Below, piece by piece: positions 50,834-59,025 of a stretch of DNA of 64,000 nt. The notes beneath the pieces were generated by a model. That model had not been told where the DNA came from and did not search any database. It was given only the letters and a program-made list of their open reading frames with translations. Numbering within the stretch: the stretch's first letter is position 1; each line of letters opens with the position of its first letter. The DNA is taken from contig CAZYAM010000002.1 of NCBI GenBank assembly GCA_964645575.1, positions 719 to 64,718 on the forward strand. Direction: 5' to 3'. The translations under genes were made by a program, and so were the position numbers. Source of the stretch: an uncultured Ignavibacteriaceae bacterium (lineage in GTDB: Bacteria > Bacteroidota > Ignavibacteria > UBA10030).

Positions 50834-50917
50834 TCGGACGTCAGTTACATATTAATATAAGTGATGTACCTTCTCTTCTCCTTTGCACGGTGGGCGGGAA
50901 GGATTACTCACTTGCAC

Positions 50918-50977
50918 AGCTCCGGCTTTCCAGTTCCGGGTTTTTTCCTCGGAGTGCCGGAGTTTTTTATATAAATC
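50918..50977 (+). terminator. Probable intrinsic terminator after ftsZ
   Basis: The GC stems ctccggc...gccggag and ccgg...ccggg are each followed by T6 runs (ccgggtttttt, ccggagtttttt). Confidence 0.35.
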
Positions 50978-51063
50978 AAGCCATTTTCCATCTTAAACCA
51001 ACACATTTTTAATTATCTCTTGCTTTCGCAAAACATTTATCGTATTATTACGATATAACTAAT

Positions 51064-51384
51064 ATGGGAACATCGAAAAAAGAAGCTTTCAGCGATAATC
51101 AAAATCGGCTTGCCGATCTGGCAAAAGCGCTGGCTCATCCTGCCCGGATTGCAATACTGGAATTTTTATCTAAAAGAAATTCGTGTATGTGCGGTGATAT
51201 TGTAGATGAGATTCCGCTTTCACAGGCAACCGTATCCCAGCATCTTGCGGAGTTAAAACGTATCGGCCTTATTAAAGGCGAGATAGAAGGCCCGAAAGTG
51301 TGCTATTGCATCAATAAAAAAATCTGGCAGAAAGCAAAACAAATTCTTAATCGGTTTCTGACAGATGCAAAATCATATTGCTAA
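51064..51384 (+). CDS. arsR: ArsR/SmtB-family metalloregulator (arsenite-type)
   Basis: The CxC metalloid site sits in the HTH region ([14 protein letters not shown]...[14 protein letters not shown]). The protein is 106 aa. Confidence 0.75.
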   Translation: MGTSKKEAFSDNQNRLADLAKALAHPARIAILEFLSKRNSCMCGDIVDEIPLSQATVSQHLAELKRIGLIKGEIEGPKVCYCINKKIWQKAKQILNRFLTDAKSYC

Positions 51385-51443
51385 ATATTTTTTTTGCACT
51401 AATATATCATAATATTACAATACTCATCTTTAAGAGATATTAT

Positions 51444-52253
51444 ATGAACTCAGAACAAAAAATCAAAAAAATGGTAAAGGAGAAATATGGGGCCATTGCA
51501 CAGCAAACCCAAAAATATAATCAGACATCTTGCTGCGGGAGTAGGCGCGGATGTTCGAACGTGGAATTTTCTATTATGGCAGAAGATTACACAAAACTAT
51601 CAGGATATGTCCCCGATGCCGATCTCGCATTAGGATGCGGCTTACCGACAAAATATGCACGTATCAAACGGGGTAATACGGTTGTGGATCTAGGTTCCGG
51701 TGCTGGCAATGACTGTTTTATTGCACGATCAATTACAGGTGATACCGGGCGCGTCATCGGTATCGATATGACGGAGGCGATGACTGCAAAAGCAAAAACA
51801 AATGCTTCAAAATATGGATTTGAGAATGTAGAATTCCGCTTGGGCGATATTGACAACATGCCGATTGAAAATAACACTGCCGATGTGGTAGTCAGCAACT
51901 GTGTTATGAATCTTGTTCCGAATAAGAAAAAAGCCTTTTCAGAAACGTTCCGTATTATGAAAAGCGGCGGACATTTCAGTGTCTCAGATATTGTTTTGAA
52001 AGGTGAACTGATCGATGAGCTTCGAAAGGAAGCGGCACTCTATGCCGGATGTATTTCCGGTGCAGTTCAGAAGGAAGAATATTTACAAATTATCAGGGAT
52101 ATCGGTTTCATTAAAATAACTGTTAAAGAAGAACGCAAAATTGATATTCCCAATTATATTCTGGCCAAATTTCTTACCATAGATCAATTGAGCGGATATA
52201 ACAAAAGCTATGTCGGGATATTTAGTATAACAGTAAATGCAGAGAAACCATGA
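51444..52253 (+). CDS. arsM: Arsenite S-adenosylmethionine methyltransferase ArsM-like
   Basis: The likely start is MNSEQKIK. The SAM motif is VVDLGSGAGNDCF. Three conserved Cys contexts are present (LGCGLP, VVSNCVMNLVP, YAGCISGA). Confidence 0.75.
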   Translation: MNSEQKIKKMVKEKYGAIAQQTQKYNQTSCCGSRRGCSNVEFSIMAEDYTKLSGYVPDADLALGCGLPTKYARIKRGNTVVDLGSGAGNDCFIARSITGDTGRVIGIDMTEAMTAKAKTNASKYGFENVEFRLGDIDNMPIENNTADVVVSNCVMNLVPNKKKAFSETFRIMKSGGHFSVSDIVLKGELIDELRKEAALYAGCISGAVQKEEYLQIIRDIGFIKITVKEERKIDIPNYILAKFLTIDQLSGYNKSYVGIFSITVNAEKP

Positions 52254-52781
52254 GCGTTTTGTATCGTTAAGCAATAGAAAACATACTATCACTATTCACT
52301 CGCTGCTGGAAAGCTAGAGTCTTCCAATAGAAACGGTTGGTACAACAATGACTGATTTCTATCTCGCTGTTGGAAATTATGTCCTTGTTGACATTTCCGG
52401 ATTTGCCATCAACCCGCAAAAAGCTGAACGCGATATTAAAAATTGCGTGTACCGAGCAAAATTCATAAGATAGAAGCACAAAAAGACAAAGTTATTCTGG
52501 TTAAATCGGTTTGGTTAGCTGTTCCGGTACCTGTGTTTTGTCACTGTTGATTTTATAGCCATTTTATAGCATAATACAAACTAATACTAAATCTAATTAT
52601 GAGAAATGCCTTGATTGAGAGTCATTATCTCAAACGTTTATAAATCAATGGAGCAAAGAAAGATAATCAATCCACTACCTTGAGTGAATTTATTGCGGCT
52701 CAACAACTATAGATGATATAACTAATTAAATTTTTATATTCTGAATCAGAGTGAAAAATCGTAACACGAAGGAGAAATTTT

Positions 52782-53036
52782 ATGTCTACTGTTGATTTAG
52801 CTACTATTCAACCGGCCAAGACGGCCGATGCTCGAGCGATGGCTTGTCCAGGTCCATTGCTGGAAGCTAAAAAAAGCATCGGATTGGTTAAAGTTGACGA
52901 AGTACTGGAAATTTGGTCGGGCGACCAAAGCACAAAAAAAGACATGCCGGCCTGGTGCGCAAAAGTGGGACACGAGTTTCTTGGTGTCGTTGTTGCCGAT
53001 GGATATGACCGGATTTTTATTCGACGCAAAAAGTAG
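52782..53036 (+). CDS. tusA: TusA-family sulfur-carrier protein
   Basis: It is 84 aa with the CPxP active-site motif (ARAMACPGPLLEAKK) and the conserved ...DMPAWCAKVGHEFL. Confidence 0.75.
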   Translation: MSTVDLATIQPAKTADARAMACPGPLLEAKKSIGLVKVDEVLEIWSGDQSTKKDMPAWCAKVGHEFLGVVVADGYDRIFIRRKK

Positions 53037-53100
53037 AGACGTATTTCTTGTTTCTTTATATACCGGTTGTTACGGCAAAGCGTGAGGAAAAAGAATTATT

Positions 53101-53562
53101 ATGATAGCGAAAGAAAAAATTCACGAACATAAAATACTGATTCTTGCAACCTTGTCAGGCGGTTATATGGGAGCAGATTCGGCCGGACAGTCTCATTTAG
53201 AGTACTCATCCAACGCTTACATTTTGCCAGTAAGAACAGCCGCGATCTTTCCACCGCAATTCTATATCAATGCGTTCAAGAAAGGCATTGATGGCATTAT
53301 CATAATGTACAGTGGCGCTGACTGTCCATACAAGGGTGCACCGGAGCGGACCGCAGAAATCATCAACAAGACTTACGGCTTGATGAAGGAACAAGGTCTT
53401 GATACGCGACGGCTTCGCCTTGCAGCAATCTGCACTGTATGTGTGCGCCCATTTCTCGGTGAGATCGAAAAGATGAACACGCTGCTCGCTGAAATTGGAT
53501 CAGTGTCGTACAATCAATCCCCGTTACAATCTGCAAATGCACAGATCATAAGGCAGGAATAG
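53101..53562 (+). CDS. MvhD/FlpD-like iron-sulfur subunit encoded as a stand-alone gene
   Basis: It aligns with the methyl-viologen-reducing hydrogenase delta-subunit pattern (ILILAT.SGGYMGADSAG..LEYSSN.YILPVR.AAIFPPQFYINAFKKGIDGIIIM.SGADCPYKGAPERTAE...LGLDTRRLRLA). Confidence 0.7.
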   Translation: MIAKEKIHEHKILILATLSGGYMGADSAGQSHLEYSSNAYILPVRTAAIFPPQFYINAFKKGIDGIIIMYSGADCPYKGAPERTAEIINKTYGLMKEQGLDTRRLRLAAICTVCVRPFLGEIEKMNTLLAEIGSVSYNQSPLQSANAQIIRQE

Positions 53563-53578
53563 GGAGCATCGCATAGCT

Positions 53579-54883
53579 ATGAAGAACCTTCATGTAGATA
53601 CACTGGTTATCGGTGGTGGGATTGCTGGAATGCAGTCCGCTCTTGATCTAGCGGATCAGGGCTACCGTGTAGCTCTTGTAGAGAAGAATCCGAGCATCGG
53701 TGGAAAAATGATTGGACTCAGCAAGGTCTTTCCCACATTGGACTGCTGCAGTTGTATCACCACACCGAAAATGTCGGCCGTTGCTCATCACGAAAACATT
53801 GAGTTGTTAACCTACAGCGAAGTAGAAGTAGTATCACGCAAGAAAAATGGCTTCACTGTCCAAGTCCTGAAAAAACCCTTGTATGTTAAGGAAAAAGATT
53901 GTACCGGCTGCCGCTCGTGCGAACAGGTCTGCCCGCTTGATGTACCGGACAATGAGAATGAATTTAGCCGTACCGCTCACCGAGTAATATATGTTCCTTT
54001 TACGACGGCTGTGCCTCAAAAAGCCTTGATTGATATTGATTACTGCCTTTTTTGCGGTAAATGCGTGCAAACCTGCCCCTCGAACGCGATTGATTTTAAC
54101 CAACAGTCTCAACAACTGGAAATTGAAACCCGGACAATTATCCTGGCGACCGGTTACAAGGTAACGCCGTATAATGCCAAGAAGGAGTATGGTGCGGGAA
54201 AACTTTTAAACGTGATCGATGGATTGATGATGGAACGCCTGCTTGCGCCGACCGGCCCATACGGACGAGTATTACGCCCTTCGGATGGCAAGCAACCTGC
54301 ATCCATCGCCTACGTCCAGTGTGCCGGTTCACGCGATCAAACGTTGGGTGTACCGTACTGCTCACGCGTCTGCTGCATGTACGCGATTAAACAAGCAATG
54401 CTGCTCTCCGGGACACTGCCCATGGCAGATATTTCCATTTACTACATGGATATTCGCGCTTTTGGCAAGGGTTACGAGCAGTTCTACCAGAGTGCAAAAG
54501 CGATGGGGATCGAGTTTATTAAAGGCAAGGTAGCGCGTATTACTGAAGATGAAAATCATAATCCTTCTGTACGGGTCGAATTAATTGATGACAGCTCCAG
54601 GGTTGTTGAACGAAAACATGATATAGTGGTTCTCTCGGTAGGTATGCTGCCGGGTTGGAATCCTGAATCGTTAATCGGAGTATCGACAGCCGAGGATGGT
54701 TTCGTTCAAATTCCTAATTACAATATTGCACCAACGATAACGGCGCAGTATGGAATCTTTGCTACAGGTACTGCTATTGGTCCGATGGACATTGTAGACA
54801 GCATTATGACAGCTAGTGCCGCAGCCGCAGAAGTTGCGGCTTTTATTCGATCGCAGAATCGTAATGAGATGGCTCTAATCTAA
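53579..54883 (+). CDS. QmoA-like short HdrA-family FAD flavoprotein with an inserted 2x[4Fe-4S] ferredoxin domain
   Basis: The FAD motif is VIGGGIAGMQSALDLA. Two ferredoxin motifs are present (CTGCRSCEQVCP, CLFCGKCVQTCP). HdrA signatures CAGSRD and YCSRVCCMYA are present. It lacks the HdrA N-terminal Cys domain. Confidence 0.8.
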   Translation: MKNLHVDTLVIGGGIAGMQSALDLADQGYRVALVEKNPSIGGKMIGLSKVFPTLDCCSCITTPKMSAVAHHENIELLTYSEVEVVSRKKNGFTVQVLKKPLYVKEKDCTGCRSCEQVCPLDVPDNENEFSRTAHRVIYVPFTTAVPQKALIDIDYCLFCGKCVQTCPSNAIDFNQQSQQLEIETRTIILATGYKVTPYNAKKEYGAGKLLNVIDGLMMERLLAPTGPYGRVLRPSDGKQPASIAYVQCAGSRDQTLGVPYCSRVCCMYAIKQAMLLSGTLPMADISIYYMDIRAFGKGYEQFYQSAKAMGIEFIKGKVARITEDENHNPSVRVELIDDSSRVVERKHDIVVLSVGMLPGWNPESLIGVSTAEDGFVQIPNYNIAPTITAQYGIFATGTAIGPMDIVDSIMTASAAAAEVAAFIRSQNRNEMALI

Positions 54884-54902
54884 GATGAGAGGAATTTAGA
54901 CG

Positions 54903-56984
54903 ATGGCTGAGGAATCGAAAAAACTCGAACCGACCGGAGCAAGTCAAGCCGGTTCTATTTCGGAAGAACCTCGTATTGGAGTTTACATCTGCGATTGTGG
55001 AGGCAACATCAGCGATACTGTACGCTGTGATCAAGTTGCAAACGCGCTCAGGAAACTTCCCAACGTGGTTGTCTCGCGGCGCTATCAATTTATGTGTTCT
55101 GATCCGGGTCAAAAGCTGATCATTGATGACATTAAAGAAAACGGTATCAACCGGGTTGTAGTGGGAGCGTGTTCCATTTTTCTGCATGAACAGACATTCC
55201 GTAAAACCGTACAGCGTGCAGGATTGAATCCGTATCTGTACTGCCACATCGGCTTGCGAGAGCAAAATAGCTGGGTGCATCATACGTACCCAATCGGTGC
55301 TACAACTAAAGCCATTCGTATGATGTCCGCCGGTATCACCAAAGCTCGCCTGATGAAGCCGCTGGAAGATATACATTTGGAAGCACACAAACATGTACTC
55401 GTTATTGGTGGCGGTGTGGCAGGCTTGCGTTCCGCGTTGTCACTTGCACGTAGCGGCTTACAAGTTACGTTGATTGAAAAAAGTCATTTCCTGGGTGGTC
55501 ATCTCGCACAGTGGGAACAGGTCTTTCCGACCGAGGAAGACGCACGAACATTACTGAACGGGCTGATCGAGGATGCAAGAGTACAGCCCAATCTCCGTAT
55601 CCTTACCGGGGCTGAGATGATTTCCGCTAAGGGCTATGTCGGTAACTTTACGATTTGCGTTCGCCAGCAGCCGCGCGGTGTCGCTGGTAATTTCGAGTTA
55701 ATAGATAAAGCCATCGCTGTCTGCCCGGTCGAAGTGCCGGACGAATTCAATTTTGGGATGATCAAGCGTAAGGCGATCTATCGATCTTATGCGGGTTGTT
55801 ACCCTGCAAGCCCGGTCATTGACAGAGAACATTGCACCAAGTGTGGGGAATGTCTGAAGGTTGATAAGAAAAACAGCATACATCTCGATGAACCTGCGAT
55901 TGAGATTGAATTAAAGGTAGGAGCGGTCGTTATAGCGACCGGTTTCCGTTTGTACGAACCCTTTCAGGGTGAAATGGGTTACGGTAAATTGTCAGGAGTG
56001 ATTACTCTTCCTCAATTGGAACGTCTATTATCGAGTGGAAGATCGACAGAGAATGCCCTGAAATGGAACGGACACACTGTCCGCAGTATGGCAATGATCC
56101 ATTGTGTGGGCAGCCGCCAAATTGAGGGTGTGCACGCACCCCAGCCGGACGGGAAGGTGAACGACTATTGTTCGAGAGTGTGCTGCACAGCTACATTAAG
56201 TACGGCTAACAGAATTCGTGAACGATTCCCGGACATAAACATTTATGATGTCTATCAAGACATTCGGACATATGGTCGTGGACATGAAGATTATTATACT
56301 AAAGCATCGAAGAATCTTGTAACCTTCCTGCGTTATATCGGTGAAGAAATTCCAGAAGTGGTGCAAGCTGAGGAAGGCGCAGAGTATTCACTGATTGTGA
56401 GAGTGAAAGATCATTTAACATGGGGAGAAGAGATCGAATTACCGGTAGATCTGATCGTATTGTCTGTAGGAATGATGCTGAGTCCGGTGAAAGATTTGGT
56501 TGAAATGCTTAAAGTAGCACCGGGAAATGACCGTTTCTTACTGGAAGTACATCCCAAGTTGCGGCCCGTTGAGACAGCTGTGGCAGGCGTAGTGTTGGCC
56601 GGTACGGCACAAAGTCCGATGAATATTCAGGAAAGTTGTGCTGCGGCTGAAGCTGCAGCTACAAAAGTTGTTGTCCTGCTCAACCGAGGAAAAGTCGATC
56701 TTGAACCTTACATTGCGAGAGTTGACCCCAAACGCTGTAAGGGTACGGGAGAATGTGTACGCGTATGCCCGCAAGAAGACGCAGTCCATTTGGAGACTTT
56801 TATAGATAACGGGAAAACGCTCCAGCGAGCCGTGATCACCGCAGCTAACTGCAATGGATGCGGCGTGTGTGTTAGTGCCTGTCCAAACCACGCGATCGAT
56901 GTGCAGGGTTGGAGTCTTAATGATTTTAATGCAATGGTGGAAGCGATAACATCGGAGATACCTATTCCGGAAAGTACTTCATGA
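54903..56984 (+). CDS. Full-length HdrA/QmoB-like flavoprotein (N-terminal Cys-cluster domain, FAD domain, C-terminal 2x[4Fe-4S] ferredoxin) without a fused MvhD domain
   Basis: The N-terminus is IGVYICDCGGNISD...YQFMCSDPGQ...NRVVVGACS...LNPYLYCHIGLREQNSWVH. The FAD motif is VIGGGVAGLRSALSLA. HdrA signatures CVGSRQ and YCSRVCC are present. The C-terminal ferredoxin motifs are CKGTGECVRVCP and CNGCGVCVSACP. Confidence 0.8.
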   Translation: MAEESKKLEPTGASQAGSISEEPRIGVYICDCGGNISDTVRCDQVANALRKLPNVVVSRRYQFMCSDPGQKLIIDDIKENGINRVVVGACSIFLHEQTFRKTVQRAGLNPYLYCHIGLREQNSWVHHTYPIGATTKAIRMMSAGITKARLMKPLEDIHLEAHKHVLVIGGGVAGLRSALSLARSGLQVTLIEKSHFLGGHLAQWEQVFPTEEDARTLLNGLIEDARVQPNLRILTGAEMISAKGYVGNFTICVRQQPRGVAGNFELIDKAIAVCPVEVPDEFNFGMIKRKAIYRSYAGCYPASPVIDREHCTKCGECLKVDKKNSIHLDEPAIEIELKVGAVVIATGFRLYEPFQGEMGYGKLSGVITLPQLERLLSSGRSTENALKWNGHTVRSMAMIHCVGSRQIEGVHAPQPDGKVNDYCSRVCCTATLSTANRIRERFPDINIYDVYQDIRTYGRGHEDYYTKASKNLVTFLRYIGEEIPEVVQAEEGAEYSLIVRVKDHLTWGEEIELPVDLIVLSVGMMLSPVKDLVEMLKVAPGNDRFLLEVHPKLRPVETAVAGVVLAGTAQSPMNIQESCAAAEAAATKVVVLLNRGKVDLEPYIARVDPKRCKGTGECVRVCPQEDAVHLETFIDNGKTLQRAVITAANCNGCGVCVSACPNHAIDVQGWSLNDFNAMVEAITSEIPIPESTS

Positions 56985-57295
56985 AGTTAAAAAATAAAGA
57001 AGAGACTAGAAAGCAAACGCATATTTTGGGCGAACTACGTCAGCAGCACGGCGCTCAGGTGAAACATGCTAAAGAGTTACTAAAGGAACAACAGACCGTT
57101 CGCAAGACATTACAGAGTGTTTTGCAGCATGAGCCGCAGTCGGTCCCTCAATTAGCTGCAACAACGAAAATAGCTGCACATGTAATTTTGTGGCATATTG
57201 CAGCGATGAAAAAATATGGTGTTGTTGAAGAAGCGGGGATGGACGAGAACAGAGAGTACTACCTGTATCGTCTGGCGAAGGAGGCGAAATCATGA
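56981..57295 (+). CDS. Small translationally coupled ORF (104 aa), possibly winged-helix-like
   Basis: Its start and stop codons overlap the upstream and downstream genes (ATGA overlaps). The helical protein has a possible wHTH-like segment (IAAHVILWHIAAMKKYGVVEE...REYYLYRL). It has no Cys. Confidence 0.4.
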   Translation: MKLKNKEETRKQTHILGELRQQHGAQVKHAKELLKEQQTVRKTLQSVLQHEPQSVPQLAATTKIAAHVILWHIAAMKKYGVVEEAGMDENREYYLYRLAKEAKS

Positions 57296-58434
57296 GTCAG
57301 CGCGCTGATCCTCGCTTTGTTTCTGAACTGAAAAAGTATGGAATGGTGAACATTGAGTCCTGCTTCAATTGCGGCAATTGCACTGCAGTGTGCCCGCTTT
57401 CGACTGAAGAAGATAATTTTCCGCGCCGAATGATTCGCTATTCACAAATCGGCATGGAAGAAAAATTACTCAGCAGCAAAGAACTCTGGATGTGTTACTA
57501 CTGCGGCGAATGCACTATCACCTGTCCGCGTCAAGCTGATCCCGGCGAATTTATGGCAGCGGCTCGACGTTACGCGATTGCTAAATATGATCCTCTTGGA
57601 TTAGCCAAACTACTTTACACATCTTCAACTTTCACTGTTCTGTTCCTCGTTGTACTGGCTGCTGTGTTGGGAACATTCTTTTATTCCTTTCATGGCCCGA
57701 TGCCGAGTGATACATTTCGCTTGTTCGAGTTTATCCCTGCGGAAGTGATTCACGATTCCGGCGTGATTGCGGGAATCATCATCGTACTCGTGGCTCTTGC
57801 GGGAATGGTAAATATGATTATCCATATTAGAAAAGAAAAAAAGTTACCCAAGGGTGCAAGGCTCAATTGGTTTGGAGCGATGTGGGATACGATTGTCGTT
57901 GAAGGATTGGGGCAAAGCCGCTATCGGAAGGACTGTGAAGCATATTCAAAAGAGCAACATTGGTATAAAAAAAGGTGGTTTATTCACGCTGCAATAATGT
58001 GGGGTTTTCTGGGATTGTTTTTGGCTACTGTATTAGATTACTTTTTGTATTTGCTTGAAATCAAACCCATTGGAACATGGGTGCCGATATGGTATCCGGT
58101 CAGATTGTTGGGTACACTGGCAGGAGTTGTGATGATGTATGGTGTTTCGGCTGCCATTATCCGCAGATTGAAAAAAGCTGACGAAACATCGAAGAATTCA
58201 ACACCGTCGGATTGGATCTTCTTAATCCTTCTCTGGCTGGGAGGGTTGACCGGTTTTGCACTGGAGATTGCCCTATATTTACCACAGCCGCACGCTTGGA
58301 GTTACTGGATGTTGTTGATACATCTTATTGTGGTAGTAGAATTGCTTGTCTTGCTGCCTTTTTCCAAATTTGCACATGTGGTCTATCGGACGGTAGCTCT
58401 GTACGTGTACGCTCTTAAGCCTCTATCTAAATGA
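57292..58434 (+). CDS. QmoC-like fusion of an HdrC-type 2x[4Fe-4S] domain with a NarI/HdrE-like multi-helix membrane domain
   Basis: The N-terminus has CFNCGNCTAVCP and CYYCGECTITCP. Six predicted TM helices follow, carrying conserved His residues (HDSGVIAGIII, HIRKEK, HAAIMWGF, HLIVVVELL). Confidence 0.7.
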   Translation: MSQRADPRFVSELKKYGMVNIESCFNCGNCTAVCPLSTEEDNFPRRMIRYSQIGMEEKLLSSKELWMCYYCGECTITCPRQADPGEFMAAARRYAIAKYDPLGLAKLLYTSSTFTVLFLVVLAAVLGTFFYSFHGPMPSDTFRLFEFIPAEVIHDSGVIAGIIIVLVALAGMVNMIIHIRKEKKLPKGARLNWFGAMWDTIVVEGLGQSRYRKDCEAYSKEQHWYKKRWFIHAAIMWGFLGLFLATVLDYFLYLLEIKPIGTWVPIWYPVRLLGTLAGVVMMYGVSAAIIRRLKKADETSKNSTPSDWIFLILLWLGGLTGFALEIALYLPQPHAWSYWMLLIHLIVVVELLVLLPFSKFAHVVYRTVALYVYALKPLSK

Positions 58435-58527
58435 AACCGCCGGCTTTGGAAATCAAGAAAAAGAAATTCGTCTTATAAGTTTTTTAACATAAGAAAAATA
58501 AAATCATATAATTCAAGGAATTATTTT

Positions 58528-58890
58528 ATGGCTGAAAAAATGATCGTTGTATGCAACGGTGTAGCGCCAAGTAATATCATGCCCGCATTGATTTTTGCCT
58601 CATCCGGTATTGCACTCGATTATGAGGTGCACATGTTCTTTTGTCCGGCTGGTGCACAGGCACTCGTTAAAGGCGAATTAGAGAAAATCGGTACGACGAA
58701 GGGCATGCCAAATCCCGTAGAGCTTTTCAACACGATCCTGGACCAGAAAGGTAAGGTTGTGTTCTGTGAACTAGCAATTGTAAACAAGGGCATAGACCCG
58801 AAGGATTTGCGCGATAGCCGTATCGTGATCGAGAAAGTACCGCCGTTTTTGATGGCAGCAGAGGGTGCAAAGATGACATTTGTTTTCTAA
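58528..58890 (+). CDS. DsrE/DsrF-family (TusD-like) protein
   Basis: It is 120 aa with the patterns MIVVCNGVAP...VHMFFCPAGAQALVKG...KVVFCELAIVNKGI, which match the DsrE/DsrF fold and its Cys positions. Confidence 0.65.
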   Translation: MAEKMIVVCNGVAPSNIMPALIFASSGIALDYEVHMFFCPAGAQALVKGELEKIGTTKGMPNPVELFNTILDQKGKVVFCELAIVNKGIDPKDLRDSRIVIEKVPPFLMAAEGAKMTFVF

Positions 58891-58962
58891 CCGTATAGCT
58901 AAAAGAGGCGAATGTTTTTGTACTTGACTCTTGTTACCTGAATCAATAACAGAGACAAATTG

Positions 58963-58998
58963 AAAATAAAAGCCCGATTCATTAAAAGAACCGGGCTT
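58963..58998. terminator. Hairpin between convergent genes, likely a bidirectional terminator
   Basis: The hairpin aagcccg attcattaaaagaa ccgggctt has a 7-bp GC-rich stem. A T-rich tract lies on the minus-strand side. Confidence 0.35.
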
Positions 58999-59025
58999 AA
59001 GTGATTTATAAATTTACAACAGAAC

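Noticed and set aside
51378-51443. Upstream extension of arsM overlapping the arsR stop (ORF-track start at 51378)
   Set aside because: The extension encodes a hydrophobic peptide not found in ArsM N-termini. The Met at 51444 gives the expected MxxEQ...KYG start.
54843-55394. 183-aa minus-strand ORF antisense to the HdrA-like gene
   Set aside because: It is antisense to a gene with unambiguous HdrA motifs and has no features of its own.
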